DNA of 64,000 nucleotides from an uncultured Prevotellaceae bacterium (GCA_900314755.1 OMWH01000002.1:25926-89925), one strand, 5' to 3'; shown: positions 38,841 to 49,967, counted from the stretch's first letter. Made by a program: numbers and translations. The notes: generated from the sequence alone by a model not told the origin.

Positions 38841-39839
38841 TTACGGTAATTTTCTAAAGATGGTTATTCTCAATAGAATCTCTAACAAAAGTAACAACAC
38901 TGCAGCAATAGCAAAAGGCTGGTATGCCTCATATTTCTTACTGTAGGTCTTGACACTAAGTTTGGACTTCTCCAACTTGTCAATCTCTTTATAGATATTC
39001 TGCAACTCTTTGTTATTTGTGGCACGGTAGAAGTCACCTTCCGTCGCCGCAGCGATATCACTCAGCGTCTTACTATCAATTTCCACAGGAATATTCACAT
39101 ACTGTACGCTGCCAGCTACCACCATCGGATATGGCGCCACCTTGTTCGTTCCAACACCAATCGTATAGACACGTATGCCAAGACTCTTGGCTATCTCTGC
39201 AGCAGTCATTGGCGACAGGTCTCCCCGGTTGTTACTACCATCAGTCAACAGAATCACCACCTTACTCTTCGCCTTGGAGTCTTTCAGACGACTCACAGCA
39301 TTCGCCAGACCCATACCAATAGCGGTTCCATCCTGTATCAGTCCACGGGTAGCGATATCTGTACGGACATTCTGAAGGAGGTTCAACAACGAGGCATGGT
39401 CAGTCGTCATCGGACACTGAGTAAAAGCCTCACCTGCAAATATCGTCAAACCAATATTGTCATTCGGGCGACCAGCGATAAACTCTGCTGCTACCTGCTT
39501 GGCAGCCTCAATACGGTTGGGGCGCAAGTCTTCGGCAAGCATGGAGCCTGACACATCCATTGCCAACATAATATCGATACCCTCCACCGACTTGTTGTTC
39601 CATGAGTTACGAGTCTGCGGGCGGGCAAGTATCAGGATCAGCAATACAAAGACAGCAATTCGCAATATCAATTGTAATGGCATGAGCGTCACCTTCCAAC
39701 TACGAGGAACAAAGCGATATGCATTGGTATCGCTCATCCGCATGGTAGGCTCCGTCTTTTTCCTTTTCATCAGGTACCATATCAAATACGGTACGAGTAG
39801 GAGCAGGAGAAACAGGTATTCTTTATTCGCAAATTCCAT
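38841..39839 (-). CDS. batA: vWA domain protein BatA
   Basis: DVSGSM, GTAIGMG, LLTDGSNN, N- and C-terminal TM helices. Confidence 0.92.
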   Translation of the reverse strand: MEFANKEYLFLLLLLVPYLIWYLMKRKKTEPTMRMSDTNAYRFVPRSWKVTLMPLQLILRIAVFVLLILILARPQTRNSWNNKSVEGIDIMLAMDVSGSMLAEDLRPNRIEAAKQVAAEFIAGRPNDNIGLTIFAGEAFTQCPMTTDHASLLNLLQNVRTDIATRGLIQDGTAIGMGLANAVSRLKDSKAKSKVVILLTDGSNNRGDLSPMTAAEIAKSLGIRVYTIGVGTNKVAPYPMVVAGSVQYVNIPVEIDSKTLSDIAAATEGDFYRATNNKELQNIYKEIDKLEKSKLSVKTYSKKYEAYQPFAIAAVLLLLLEILLRITIFRKLP

Positions 39840-39854
39840 TGTTCTTTCTTCTTT

Positions 39855-40928
39855 TTACATGACTCCCGTGAGAATCATCAGCCTATATACTACAAAACCC
39901 AAAAGTACAAGGCAGACAACTCCAATGCTACCTATTAACCACTTCAGGTAACGACGGGTCTTCATTGAGCGCTGGTCTGCTTCCGACAGCTGCGGTTTCT
40001 CTTCTTCCACCACCTGTAGCTCTTGTTTGGTCTGATTGATAAACTCAATAGCGTTAACAAGGTTCATGTCGTTCTCGTTAATGAGGGTGGAATATTTGGC
40101 AAACTTCACCAAATCGGCTGTCATGAAGAGCTGGCGCAACTCGTCGAGCGATTTCTGATCGCCATCCCTCGTCAGACGTTCGATAATCTCGGAACTGGTC
40201 ATCTCCATAGCAGAGAACTTATACCGCTCTTCTATATAACGACGCAGCGTATCGGTCAACTTGGTATAGTATTCCTTCTGGTTCTCCGAGGAAACCATCT
40301 TGTCTGCCTTAATCTGCTCTATCTCCTTCATCGCTTTCTGATGTGGCAGAAGTCTCTTCACGAGCTTGAAGCTCTTAATGAGCGGTTTATTGTCTCGCAG
40401 TCTTATATATAAATAAATAGCGACACACAACAGAAGGAGCATCAACACACTCAACCAGAACACCAGTGACCAGTCACTCCATAGAAACGGGTTGTCCTGT
40501 ACGTCCTTCGGTCCGAAAAACTGGTTCATTTTCGTGGTGTCAACATCAACCTCCATTACTTTCAGGGCAAGACTCTTACTTTGGTATTCTTTACCATTGA
40601 CCTTCACTTTGAATGGAGGAAGATAATAGAGTTTGCCATCAAAAGAGGTCAAGGTATACACACGACTGAACTGTTGTTGCCCGTTGTCAATATCTTCCTT
40701 ATGCTCCTCACCTATCAAAAGGACCTCAATGCCATCTACCAACTGCTCCCTTGACTTATACGAAGGGAACACCACTTTGGCATTGGCTGGGGCGGTAGCC
40801 GTCACTGTGACATGTACCTGCTGCCCAATGAGCATCTGAATAGAGTCGATTCTCGCCTCTACCCCCACCTGTGCCATCATCATGACAACAGTACATATCA
40901 TACAAATCAGCAATAGGACTCGTTTCAT
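39855..40928 (-). CDS. Conserved Bat-operon membrane protein
   Basis: Signal peptide, Ig-like domain, TM, YYTKLTDTLRRYIEER, ADLVKFAKY; position between DUF58 and batA. Confidence 0.8.
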   Translation of the reverse strand: MKRVLLLICMICTVVMMMAQVGVEARIDSIQMLIGQQVHVTVTATAPANAKVVFPSYKSREQLVDGIEVLLIGEEHKEDIDNGQQQFSRVYTLTSFDGKLYYLPPFKVKVNGKEYQSKSLALKVMEVDVDTTKMNQFFGPKDVQDNPFLWSDWSLVFWLSVLMLLLLCVAIYLYIRLRDNKPLIKSFKLVKRLLPHQKAMKEIEQIKADKMVSSENQKEYYTKLTDTLRRYIEERYKFSAMEMTSSEIIERLTRDGDQKSLDELRQLFMTADLVKFAKYSTLINENDMNLVNAIEFINQTKQELQVVEEEKPQLSEADQRSMKTRRYLKWLIGSIGVVCLVLLGFVVYRLMILTGVM

Positions 40929-41798
40929 TTAACTACGTTGTTTAAAAAGCATCAGCAGGTGCTTGACGAAATCATCATTCGTAGCAATGCTGATCATATC
41001 CACATTACTTTTGTTCATGGTCTCACGAAGCTGTTGCTGGCGATTCATCCAATAGTGCTGATGAGCCTGACGCAGTCGTTTGCTACTGGTATCGATATAC
41101 TGTTCAAAACCAGTCTCAGCGTCGACGACACGCATCAGTCCTATATCCGGCAGTTCCCTGGCACGCTGGTCATACACCTGAACAGCTACCACGTCATGCT
41201 TCCGATTACATATCTGTATCGTCTGCAGAAAATCCTGCTGTACATAGAAATCACTCAGCACGAACGCAGTACAACGACGCTTGGCAACACTCGTCAGAAA
41301 CTCCAACGCCTGTTTGATATCAGTACGCTTGCTCTCAGGTTTAAAATCCAACAACTCACGGATGATATACAGGATATGCTTACGACCTTTCTTCGGCGGA
41401 ATATATTTCTCAATATGGTCAGAGAAGAACACCACGCCAATCTTGTCATTATTCTGAATGGCACTGAAAGCAATGGTGGCTGCTATCTCCGTTACCATGT
41501 CACGTTTCATCTGGCGCTTGGTTCCGAAGTCAAGGGAGCCGCTGACATCAATAAGTAACATCACTGTCAACTCACGCTCCTCCTCGAAAACCTTAACGTA
41601 TGGGCGGTGGAAACGAGCCGTCACATTCCAGTCAATATCACGCACGTCATCGCCATACTGATATTCACGCACCTCGCTGAATGCCATACCACGCCCTTTA
41701 AAGGCAGAGTGATACTGCCCTGCAAAGACATTGGCACTCAGCCCGCGTGCCTTGATCTCTATCTTCCGGACTTTTTTCAGTAACTCTGCAGTTTCCAT
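40929..41798 (-). CDS. DUF58 domain protein
   Basis: GMAFSEVREYQYGDDVRDIDWNVTAR, DVSGSL. Confidence 0.93.
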   Translation of the reverse strand: METAELLKKVRKIEIKARGLSANVFAGQYHSAFKGRGMAFSEVREYQYGDDVRDIDWNVTARFHRPYVKVFEEERELTVMLLIDVSGSLDFGTKRQMKRDMVTEIAATIAFSAIQNNDKIGVVFFSDHIEKYIPPKKGRKHILYIIRELLDFKPESKRTDIKQALEFLTSVAKRRCTAFVLSDFYVQQDFLQTIQICNRKHDVVAVQVYDQRARELPDIGLMRVVDAETGFEQYIDTSSKRLRQAHQHYWMNRQQQLRETMNKSNVDMISIATNDDFVKHLLMLFKQRS

Positions 41799-42793
41799 TA
41801 AGGAACTTCTACCTTATTAATTATTTTCGAAACAATTTCCTCACTCGTGACATTACTTGCCTCTGCCTCGTAGGTCAGTCCGATTCGGTGACGGAGCACG
41901 TCATGGGCAACGGCACGCACATCCTCTGGCACCACATAGCCACGACGCTTGATAAAGGCATAGGCACGGGCAGCCTTAGCAAGGTTGATGGAGGCACGTG
42001 GACTACCACCAAAGGAAATCATGTCTTTCATATCCTTCAGACCATAACGGTCGGGATAACGGGTCGCAAAGACTATATCAGCAATATATTGTTCTATCTT
42101 CTCATCAATATATACCTCACGAACTACTGCGCGGGCATTCAATATCTCCTGAGCCGTAGTAACAGGCTTCACCTCAGGCAAAGCACCAGCAATATTCTCA
42201 CGGATAATACGCTTTTCCTCCTCCAGTGTCGGATAGTCAATAACTACCTTCAGCATAAAACGGTCCATCTGCGCCTCTGGCAACGGATAGGTACCTTCCT
42301 GCTCTATCGGATTCTGAGTTGCCATCACCAAGAAGGGAGAAGGCAAGTCAAACGTCTCCTTACCTATGGTCACCTGCTTTTCCTGCATGGCTTCCAAAAG
42401 GGCACTCTGTACTTTTGCAGGAGCACGGTTAATCTCATCTGCCAAGACAAAGTTTGCGAAGACGGGACCTTGCTTCACCTGAAACCGCTCATCTTTCTGG
42501 GAGTAAATCATCGTTCCTGTCACATCCGCTGGCAATAAATCAGGGGTAAACTGAATACGACTATACGAAGCGTCTATCAACTGGGCAAGGGTCTTGATGG
42601 CAAGGGTTTTTGCCAAACCAGGAACACCCTCCAAAAGGATATTACCATCACTCAGCAGTCCTATCAACAAGGAGTCTACCAAATGCTTCTGTCCTACAAT
42701 CACACGGTCCATACCTGTTACCAAATTGGTAACGAAACCGCTCTGCTGTTCTATCCGGATATTCAACTCACGGATATCAATAGATTCTGCCAT
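41798..42793 (-). CDS. moxR: MoxR family AAA+ ATPase
   Basis: GVPGLAKT, DEINRA, TQNPIEQEGTYPLPEAQMDRF. Confidence 0.95.
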   Translation of the reverse strand: MAESIDIRELNIRIEQQSGFVTNLVTGMDRVIVGQKHLVDSLLIGLLSDGNILLEGVPGLAKTLAIKTLAQLIDASYSRIQFTPDLLPADVTGTMIYSQKDERFQVKQGPVFANFVLADEINRAPAKVQSALLEAMQEKQVTIGKETFDLPSPFLVMATQNPIEQEGTYPLPEAQMDRFMLKVVIDYPTLEEEKRIIRENIAGALPEVKPVTTAQEILNARAVVREVYIDEKIEQYIADIVFATRYPDRYGLKDMKDMISFGGSPRASINLAKAARAYAFIKRRGYVVPEDVRAVAHDVLRHRIGLTYEAEASNVTSEEIVSKIINKVEVP

Positions 42794-42814
42794 AAATATC
42801 TTAATCTTTAATGT

Positions 42815-43618
42815 TTAATCTAATTCATACACTCCCGATGGTGTGGTACGTTTCAGTACCTCCATCTTCACATCAACACCTACAATAATACCATAGTCAC
42901 GGAGTATGCTCTCTACTGTTTTACGTGCCAGTTCTGGATGGTTGTTTTCCTCACTTAAATGACATAGCCACACATAGCGTAGTTCTTCCGTCATATTCTC
43001 CACCAAAGCAAGACCACAGGAGCGATTACTCAAATGTCCTGTCTTGGAAAGGATACGTCCTTTCAAAAACTGGGGATATGGACCATTGTTCACCATCTCC
43101 TCATCATGATTTGCCTCAATAACAAGATAATTTGCCTTCGAAATAAACGGCTTCATCTCGTCAGTGACATATCCCGCATCGGTAATAATACAGAAAGAGA
43201 CTCCTTCCGCCTCTATCATATAACCCACATTATCACTACTGTCATGAGGAACAGGAAACGGGGTGACGAAGAATTCCCCTATCCGAATGGTCTTCCCCTT
43301 CTCGACAAAGCGTTTCAATTCTGGCAAGACTTTCTGTTGCACACAATAATTCTTATTGATGCCCTCATGCACCTTCTCCGTCGCATATACCGGCACCTGA
43401 TAATCTTTACTGAAAGAACCTACACACTTGATATGGTCTGCATGATCATGCGTGATAAGCACATGATGTATCTGCGACATACTAAGTCCGTAATCCTTAA
43501 AGTTTTTTTTCAGACCTCTCAGTCCTACTCCGATATCTATCAATAGTCCATCCGTCGGGGTCATCAGCATATAGCAATTTCCACTACTGCCGCTGCCAAA
43601 GGATATAAATTTCAGCAT
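42815..43618 (-). CDS. MBL-fold metallo-hydrolase (YycJ/WalJ-like)
   Basis: SGSSGN, THDHADH, VPHD, ITD, EANH, GHLSN, HLSEENN; start moved to ATG 43618. Confidence 0.9.
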   Translation of the reverse strand: MLKFISFGSGSSGNCYMLMTPTDGLLIDIGVGLRGLKKNFKDYGLSMSQIHHVLITHDHADHIKCVGSFSKDYQVPVYATEKVHEGINKNYCVQQKVLPELKRFVEKGKTIRIGEFFVTPFPVPHDSSDNVGYMIEAEGVSFCIITDAGYVTDEMKPFISKANYLVIEANHDEEMVNNGPYPQFLKGRILSKTGHLSNRSCGLALVENMTEELRYVWLCHLSEENNHPELARKTVESILRDYGIIVGVDVKMEVLKRTTPSGVYELD

Positions 43619-43700
43619 TTTAGTTAATATTTTGCGCAAAAGTAATAAAAAGTTAGGAGTTTTCCTTATCTTTGCATTGTTTTTTGATATTTTTAAACTT

Positions 43701-44141
43701 ATGAAATATTACTTGTTATTTGCCTGGGTGTTTTTGCTTGGTAGTTGCCAATCTGGTGATACGGATTCCGCAGAGGCTGTTGACAAGCCACTTAACGAAT
43801 GGGCTGAGGCATATTTCAGCTTCAATTACAAGGAGGCTTTAGAGTATATGACCCCTGAGAGCGAGAAATGGATACGCTATGCTGCCTCGAATATCACAGA
43901 ACAGGATATCCAGTATATCAATGAGCATAATAAGGATGTCAGAACTGAGATTGTCGACCGTTACATCATGGCAGGTGATACTACTTGCTCTGCACACATC
44001 CGTGTCTCAGACTTCGTGCAATTAGGGTTTGTGGGGCAGAATGGCAAAGTAGTTGACCAAGCTGAATTTCAAGTGGAATTGGTGAAGCGAAACGGAAAGT
44101 GGCTCATCAGAATGGAAGGCCCACTGCAAAGTGGAAAGTGA
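43701..44141 (+). CDS. Hypothetical lipoprotein
   Basis: MKYYLLFAWVFLLGSC lipobox after promoter box TATCTTTG. Confidence 0.7.
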   Translation: MKYYLLFAWVFLLGSCQSGDTDSAEAVDKPLNEWAEAYFSFNYKEALEYMTPESEKWIRYAASNITEQDIQYINEHNKDVRTEIVDRYIMAGDTTCSAHIRVSDFVQLGFVGQNGKVVDQAEFQVELVKRNGKWLIRMEGPLQSGK

Positions 44142-46317
44142 AGTCTCGGCTGAGTCTAGGATGGGCAATCGGATAATGCTCATCCCCCTCCTCATAGGCA
44201 GGATTAATAGCTTTCATTCCCATATCAAAACGTAGGATAAAATAGTCGAAATTAAAACGGAAGCCCAGACCATAGCCTACAGCAAACTGTTTCCAGAACT
44301 CAGAGATCTTAAACTGCCCTCCCGGTTGCTCATCATAAGCCCGTAACGTCCATATATTACCTGCATCCACGAAGAGTGCCACACCTAATTTCCAAAAAAG
44401 ATGGGCACGGTATTCCATGTTGAAGTCAAGTTTCATATCTCCCGTTTGGTTGATAAAATCAATTCGTCCGTCTTTGCTTATATACTTTCCTGGTCCCAGA
44501 CTACGTACGCTCCATCCTCTTACACTATTGGCGCCACCAGAGAAATAACGCTTCTCAAAGGGAAGAATAGTACTATTTCCATATGGATATGCGATACCAA
44601 GTCCTGCATGGAATACTAACTGGTTATAGTAATTGAAATTAATAGTACGGGTAATATCAAAATCTGCCTTTATATATTGTGCATATGCAATATCCAAGAA
44701 AGTATATTGTCCATCTTGATTCCGATGGAAACCAAAAGTCTTTGCTCCCAAGCCCAGCAGGTTACCAGCCGTCTCAGCATTAGCTTTAATAGCAATAACA
44801 CCATTATTATACGTATAGCCAACTCCCAGCTTCATAATAAACAGGTTTTCATAATTATATCGCAAAATGGCATTACGGCTGCTGGCATCATCAAGATATT
44901 CCTGCTTGAACGTGTCACTAATCCATGGCATAGAGATATAATTGAGGTCCAACAAATCAATACGATAGCTATCATGATGATTGGGATTATTCCATTTATA
45001 CCGCCAGCCAACGGAAAACACACGACGATGGAACTCTGGACGGTTCTGCAAATCGTACAATAACGACACCTCACTTGTAGCATTAATGCGACGATGGATA
45101 TCTGATGGCAGGAATGGGGCTATAAAACGAGGGAAAGTAAGTTTCGTACCAAGACTGTATTCCAGAAAGTTGTGATTCGAATAGCCCTCCAAGCCCTTAA
45201 TAGCCTCATATGCCCCACGCAATTCAATCGTCAAATTTTCAGATCCTCTGAACAAATTGCGGTTCTGATAGGTGAGAGTAGCAGCGGCACCCAAATCACC
45301 AGCTGTATTGGTCCCTTCTGGTTGGAAAGAAATAGTAGAGGGCTTGTTTGTATTAATCTGTATCTGACAATCAAGCAAGCTGGAGTCTGGCTGCTCTTTC
45401 CAAGAGATATTAGTATATCGCACAGCCCCTAAACGACTAAAGTGGTTGTAGGTATTTTGAAGAGCTTCCGCAGAATAACACTCTCCTTCTCTGACAAATG
45501 TATTCCGTCGCAGCACACCCTGCCGAAGGTGAATCACAGAGTCCTCCGGGTCACCGCTTGTAAACATCACTTTTCTCACGGTATACTTTTGATGAGGCTT
45601 TTCATGCCCTTGGTTATCATTTTGTTTCCGCAGCACCAGCACCACATCTATCTCCTGCGAATGCGCCACAGAATCTGCCTCAAAAGAAATGTATTCTTTA
45701 TTAAAACGATAATATCCTAGGTTATTTAACTCTTGGGTAATACGTTTACGCTCTCCATCTAGGTTCTCAACACTAAAAAGCATTCCACTCTTAAGTCCCC
45801 TGTATTTGGGATTATCTAAATGTAACAGGCTGTTTATGACAGAGTCTTCTATAACATAGTCTACTTTACGTATAGTGTAAGGCTCGCCAGGATGCAACAT
45901 ATAAGTGACATCTATCTTTCTGTTTTTTGCCTTCGTCATGGCATCCACACTGGCACGCAGATACCCCATATTTACTAATTGCATCTGCAAGTCTTCCATC
46001 GAACGCCTTGTATTTACAGAGTCGTATAATACAGGAGCTTCACCAATAGAACGTAAGACACGGTTTATCCATTTAGTCGTGTCTCTTCCTGAGAGAGAGT
46101 AAGTAGCTAAAGGTATTTTGACAGCAGAAAACCAACGGGAGTTACCTAATTGGCGGACATAGGCCTTCATAGCCGTAGGGTCAACCCCTTTCGTTTTTGG
46201 CTCGCTCTTCACCTGTACCTTATTAAGTAAATACTCTCCTTCAGGGACATATTTAGTCTCTGAACAGGCACAAAAAAAGAGTGCCATCAACAGATAGAAG
46301 GAATATCGTATCCGCAT
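44107..46317 (-). CDS. BamA/TamA family (Omp85) outer membrane protein, lipoprotein-anchored
   Basis: Lipobox CACS, POTRA-like region, YFSGGANSVRGW, FVDAGNIW, C-terminal GLPF; start moved to ATG 46317. Confidence 0.9.
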   Translation of the reverse strand: MRIRYSFYLLMALFFCACSETKYVPEGEYLLNKVQVKSEPKTKGVDPTAMKAYVRQLGNSRWFSAVKIPLATYSLSGRDTTKWINRVLRSIGEAPVLYDSVNTRRSMEDLQMQLVNMGYLRASVDAMTKAKNRKIDVTYMLHPGEPYTIRKVDYVIEDSVINSLLHLDNPKYRGLKSGMLFSVENLDGERKRITQELNNLGYYRFNKEYISFEADSVAHSQEIDVVLVLRKQNDNQGHEKPHQKYTVRKVMFTSGDPEDSVIHLRQGVLRRNTFVREGECYSAEALQNTYNHFSRLGAVRYTNISWKEQPDSSLLDCQIQINTNKPSTISFQPEGTNTAGDLGAAATLTYQNRNLFRGSENLTIELRGAYEAIKGLEGYSNHNFLEYSLGTKLTFPRFIAPFLPSDIHRRINATSEVSLLYDLQNRPEFHRRVFSVGWRYKWNNPNHHDSYRIDLLDLNYISMPWISDTFKQEYLDDASSRNAILRYNYENLFIMKLGVGYTYNNGVIAIKANAETAGNLLGLGAKTFGFHRNQDGQYTFLDIAYAQYIKADFDITRTINFNYYNQLVFHAGLGIAYPYGNSTILPFEKRYFSGGANSVRGWSVRSLGPGKYISKDGRIDFINQTGDMKLDFNMEYRAHLFWKLGVALFVDAGNIWTLRAYDEQPGGQFKISEFWKQFAVGYGLGFRFNFDYFILRFDMGMKAINPAYEEGDEHYPIAHPRLSRDFTFHFAVGLPF

Positions 46318-46401
46318 TTTGTTGCAAAGGTACGAAAATAATTGAGAATTGACTATCGATAATTGAGAATTATTCTTAACTTTGCCAGAAATTACAAGAA
46401 A

Positions 46402-47127
46402 ATGATTAGTAAAAATCAAATCAAACTTATCCGTTCTTTAGAACAGAAGAAGAATCGGAAACGGGAAGGACTCTTTGTCGCAGAAGGACCAAAGGTCGTT
46501 GACGACCTACTGCAGGCAGGCTATCACCCAAAACAGCTTTTCTCTACAACAGAGTACCATAATGCTGAGCGTATTACAGAAGAGGAACTACATAAGATTA
46601 GTTTTTTACAGCATCCCCAGAAAGTTCTTGCTGTCTTTGAGATACCCAAAGCTCAACTGACTTTGAATATCACACAACACCTCACTCTCGCCCTTGACGG
46701 CATTCAGGACCCTGGGAATCTAGGTACCATCATACGCATTGCCGATTGGTTTGGTATCTCTCATATTTTCTGTTCTTTAGACACTGCAGATCTCTATAAT
46801 CCAAAAGTAGTACAGGCGACGATGGGAAGTATTGCCCATGTACAAGTGGTTTATACTGATTTATTAAAACTTTTTCACACTTTGCCACCCTCCTATCCAA
46901 TTTATGGGACTCTATTAGATGGTGAAAACATTTACGAACAGGAACTTACACAAGAGGGGATTATCGTCATGGGTAATGAAGGAAACGGCATCTCAACAGA
47001 AATACGTCAATTGATCAACAAACGGTTATTGATTCCCGATTTTCATGCCGATGGACAGAGGGCAGAGAGTCTGAATGTTGCCATTGCAACAGCAATTACT
47101 TGTTCCGAGTTCCGCCGTAGAAAATAA
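46402..47127 (+). CDS. TrmH family RNA methyltransferase
   Basis: QDPGNLGTIIR, MGNEGNG, ESLNVA; start moved to ATG 46402. Confidence 0.92.
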   Translation: MISKNQIKLIRSLEQKKNRKREGLFVAEGPKVVDDLLQAGYHPKQLFSTTEYHNAERITEEELHKISFLQHPQKVLAVFEIPKAQLTLNITQHLTLALDGIQDPGNLGTIIRIADWFGISHIFCSLDTADLYNPKVVQATMGSIAHVQVVYTDLLKLFHTLPPSYPIYGTLLDGENIYEQELTQEGIIVMGNEGNGISTEIRQLINKRLLIPDFHADGQRAESLNVAIATAITCSEFRRRK

Positions 47128-47279
47128 TAAAGGGGCTCTGTCTTCACAGATAGATACCCCTCGAGGAAAATGATAAATATAGATTAAATTACTAGTTGTG
47201 TGATGCAAAAGTAATAATTATTTCTCGAACCACAAAATATTTATTGAACGTATTTCAACATTTAACACTTTATAAACCA

Positions 47280-47855
47280 TCAAAAGACTTTCAAAGCCTC
47301 ATAGATGCGTTGCACAGGGAGCCCCATTACATTGAAATAGCTTCCGTTCATACCAGTCACTCCCACATGACCTATCCATTCTTGAATACCATAGGCTCCT
47401 GCTTTATCCATAGGTCTGTAATGATTGACATAATACTCTATCTCCTCGTTTGTGAGCTCCTTAAAAGTGACATCTGTCTCCACAGAGAAACACACCTGCT
47501 TCTTTTTAGTCGTTAAACATACACCTGTGATAACCTGATGTGTATGACCACTCAGTTCATGAAGCATCTCTTTTGCCTCAGCAATATCTTTTGGTTTTCC
47601 CATTACTTTCTGCCCTAATATAACAATGGTATCGGCAGTAATAATCAACTCATCGTCAGCGATGAGCTGTTGGTAGGCAGCAGCCTTTTTATGGGAAATA
47701 TAGCCAGCGATTTCTTTTGTAGGAAGATCTTGAGGATAGCTTTCGTCAATACCATCTAACACTCTGACCTCGAATGGAATATCCAACCCACTTAATAACT
47801 CTTTCCGCCTTGGAGAATTACTGGCAAGAACGATATGATAACGACCTCCTACCAT
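47280..47855 (-). CDS. maf: Maf family nucleotide pyrophosphatase
   Basis: LASNSPRR, ADT, GKP, DKAGAYGIQ, VMGLP. Confidence 0.93.
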   Translation of the reverse strand: MVGGRYHIVLASNSPRRKELLSGLDIPFEVRVLDGIDESYPQDLPTKEIAGYISHKKAAAYQQLIADDELIITADTIVILGQKVMGKPKDIAEAKEMLHELSGHTHQVITGVCLTTKKKQVCFSVETDVTFKELTNEEIEYYVNHYRPMDKAGAYGIQEWIGHVGVTGMNGSYFNVMGLPVQRIYEALKVF

Positions 47856-48367
47856 CCGAAAGCCCTTTCATCCTGCAACCATTTACCTTGGGTTTTCAAT
47901 GTCTGCTCTATCACATCCCTACCACAGCCATGACCACCGCGATAGTCACTTACATAGACACAGACATCTTTCACTTCACGACATGCATCCTTGGGACACA
48001 CGGGACACCCTACTCGACGCATCACCTCCAGATCGGGAATATCATCACCCATGAACATCACTTCCTCGTCCTTCAAATTATGTATGGCGAGGAATTCCTC
48101 ATAAACCTTCATTTTTACAGAAGCGCCCAAGTAGATATCTGTCACACCTAGTCCTTCGTAACGTTTCCGGACTGCATCGACGGTACATCCTGAGATAATG
48201 GCTATATTCAGTCCCATCTTAACAGCAAGCTGAATGGCATACCCATCTTTGATATTCACGGTTCGCAAGGGTGTCCCATCCGTTCCTAAGGCAATGGTCT
48301 CTGCACTCAGCACACCATCTAAATCGAAAATGATGGCACGTATCTTCTGTAAATCGTAGTTTATCAT
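47849..48367 (-). CDS. kdsC: KdsC-like HAD phosphatase
   Basis: DLDGV, KDG, GDDIPD, GGHGCGRD. Confidence 0.88.
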   Translation of the reverse strand: MINYDLQKIRAIIFDLDGVLSAETIALGTDGTPLRTVNIKDGYAIQLAVKMGLNIAIISGCTVDAVRKRYEGLGVTDIYLGASVKMKVYEEFLAIHNLKDEEVMFMGDDIPDLEVMRRVGCPVCPKDACREVKDVCVYVSDYRGGHGCGRDVIEQTLKTQGKWLQDERAFGW

Positions 48368-49152
48368 TTCTTCTCTGCTTTTTGATGTATATGAAGAGAC
48401 ATACGTTCATAAATATCTTTCATGAAAGGATGCCCCTGTAATAATTGTGCCTGATGAAGTATGACATTTTCGTCATAACGGACGGCAGGACCTGTCTGCG
48501 CCTGTAAGGGATGTAACTGATGTACTTTCCGTGCCGTTTCATCTATCAATGGAAGCATCACGTCGAAATTCATCCCATGCTCTTCCAATATCTCCGCAGC
48601 CATGGCAAAGCAGTGATTGGCGAAATTACAGGCAAAGACTGCTGCAAGATGTAGATACTGCCTGTCCTCACTCGACAGTTCATAGACATGACTTGTCACA
48701 CCTTCTGCCAATCGCCTGATCTTCTCCATCGCCATTGCGTCATTTGCCTCAATAAACGTAGGTATCTCCGCAAAATCGACTATACGGTGCTTGGAGAATG
48801 ACTGCATGGGATAGAACACTCCATAATGAAGAGCCATTCCTTTAAACATTTCCATAGGCATCGAGCCCGCGGTATGCATGAACACCTGTGTCTCCCTGCC
48901 TTTCGTCACAGCAGATACTACCTCTGCTAGCACGGCATCCTTGACTGAGATGATGTAGGCATCTGCCTCTACCGGTATGTCTTCCGCCCTGTTAACAGGC
49001 TGTCCACCTACAACTTCCGACAATGCGCCAGCAGACTCCATGGTACGGCTATACACACAAATAATCTCATGACCGGCACCTTTCAGGGCTATTCCCAGAT
49101 TCGTCGCCAACCGTCCTGCCCCTATCAATACTATCCGCATAGGTTCATTCAT
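48364..49152 (-). CDS. Rossmann-like + DUF2520 domain oxidoreductase
   Basis: GAGRLA, HTAGS, YPMQSF, HLAAVFACNF, QTGPAVR. Confidence 0.88.
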   Translation of the reverse strand: MNEPMRIVLIGAGRLATNLGIALKGAGHEIICVYSRTMESAGALSEVVGGQPVNRAEDIPVEADAYIISVKDAVLAEVVSAVTKGRETQVFMHTAGSMPMEMFKGMALHYGVFYPMQSFSKHRIVDFAEIPTFIEANDAMAMEKIRRLAEGVTSHVYELSSEDRQYLHLAAVFACNFANHCFAMAAEILEEHGMNFDVMLPLIDETARKVHQLHPLQAQTGPAVRYDENVILHQAQLLQGHPFMKDIYERMSLHIHQKAEKK

Positions 49153-49168
49153 ATTTCATAAGGAGTCC

Positions 49169-49693
49169 TCAGAACTTCTCAAGATGCACGTTTTCCCACT
49201 TAAGTTTCTCCTCGTTCTGAGGTTTGCGCTCATCTGCCTTGTGACCAATAGCGATAATGCAAAGACACGATAAATTCTCTGGAATATTCAGCACACCCTG
49301 TATGACGGTATCAGCACTTGTCCCGTCACTCAGTCCCCGCCCACGCATCTGAATCCAACAAGAGCCCAATCCTAGCGACTCAGCCTGATACTGCATTGAG
49401 ATAGCGGCAATAGAACCATCCTCCACCCAGCAGTCGTTCTGCATCGGGTCACCTAAGACAACGATGGCAAGTGGAGCCCCTTTGAGAAACTGCCCCCCCA
49501 TATCCTTGGCATCCGATAGTTTCTCAAGATCCATCTTGTCATCGACCACCACAAACTGCCAAGCTCGCTGTCCTTTTGACGTGGGTGACATCAGTCCTGC
49601 ACGAAGAATGGTCTTCACATCTTCCCCATTGATTTCTTCTTCTGTAAACTTACGATGCGAACGGCGCATCTGCACTAATTCCTTAAAGTCCAT
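49169..49693 (-). CDS. Nitroreductase family protein
   Basis: RRSHRKF, SPTSKG, GLGSCWI, IAIGH. Confidence 0.9.
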   Translation of the reverse strand: MDFKELVQMRRSHRKFTEEEINGEDVKTILRAGLMSPTSKGQRAWQFVVVDDKMDLEKLSDAKDMGGQFLKGAPLAIVVLGDPMQNDCWVEDGSIAAISMQYQAESLGLGSCWIQMRGRGLSDGTSADTVIQGVLNIPENLSCLCIIAIGHKADERKPQNEEKLKWENVHLEKF

Positions 49694-49790
49694 ATCTTAT
49701 GAATATTGTTGGTTCCATTTGCAAAGATACACAGAAATATGCTAACAACCAAAAAGAAAATCACATTTTCTTTTTCCCTACTTCTATACA

Positions 49791-49827
49791 AAAAGACAGG
49801 TCACTCTTCACGAGCGACCTGTCTTTT
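49791..49827. terminator. Intrinsic terminator downstream of GH115 gene
   Basis: AAAAGACAGGTC-N13-GACCTGTCTTTT. Confidence 0.8.
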
Positions 49828-49967
49828 ATTTCCTTAAACAATCTTCTTACCTATAGACTATCCCCATTTATAGTTATACCATATATAGGAATTTCATTTC
49901 TTATGCAAAGTTACGTCAATACCTTCTAATTATTTTTACTTTATAACCAAAAATATAATCCGACACA

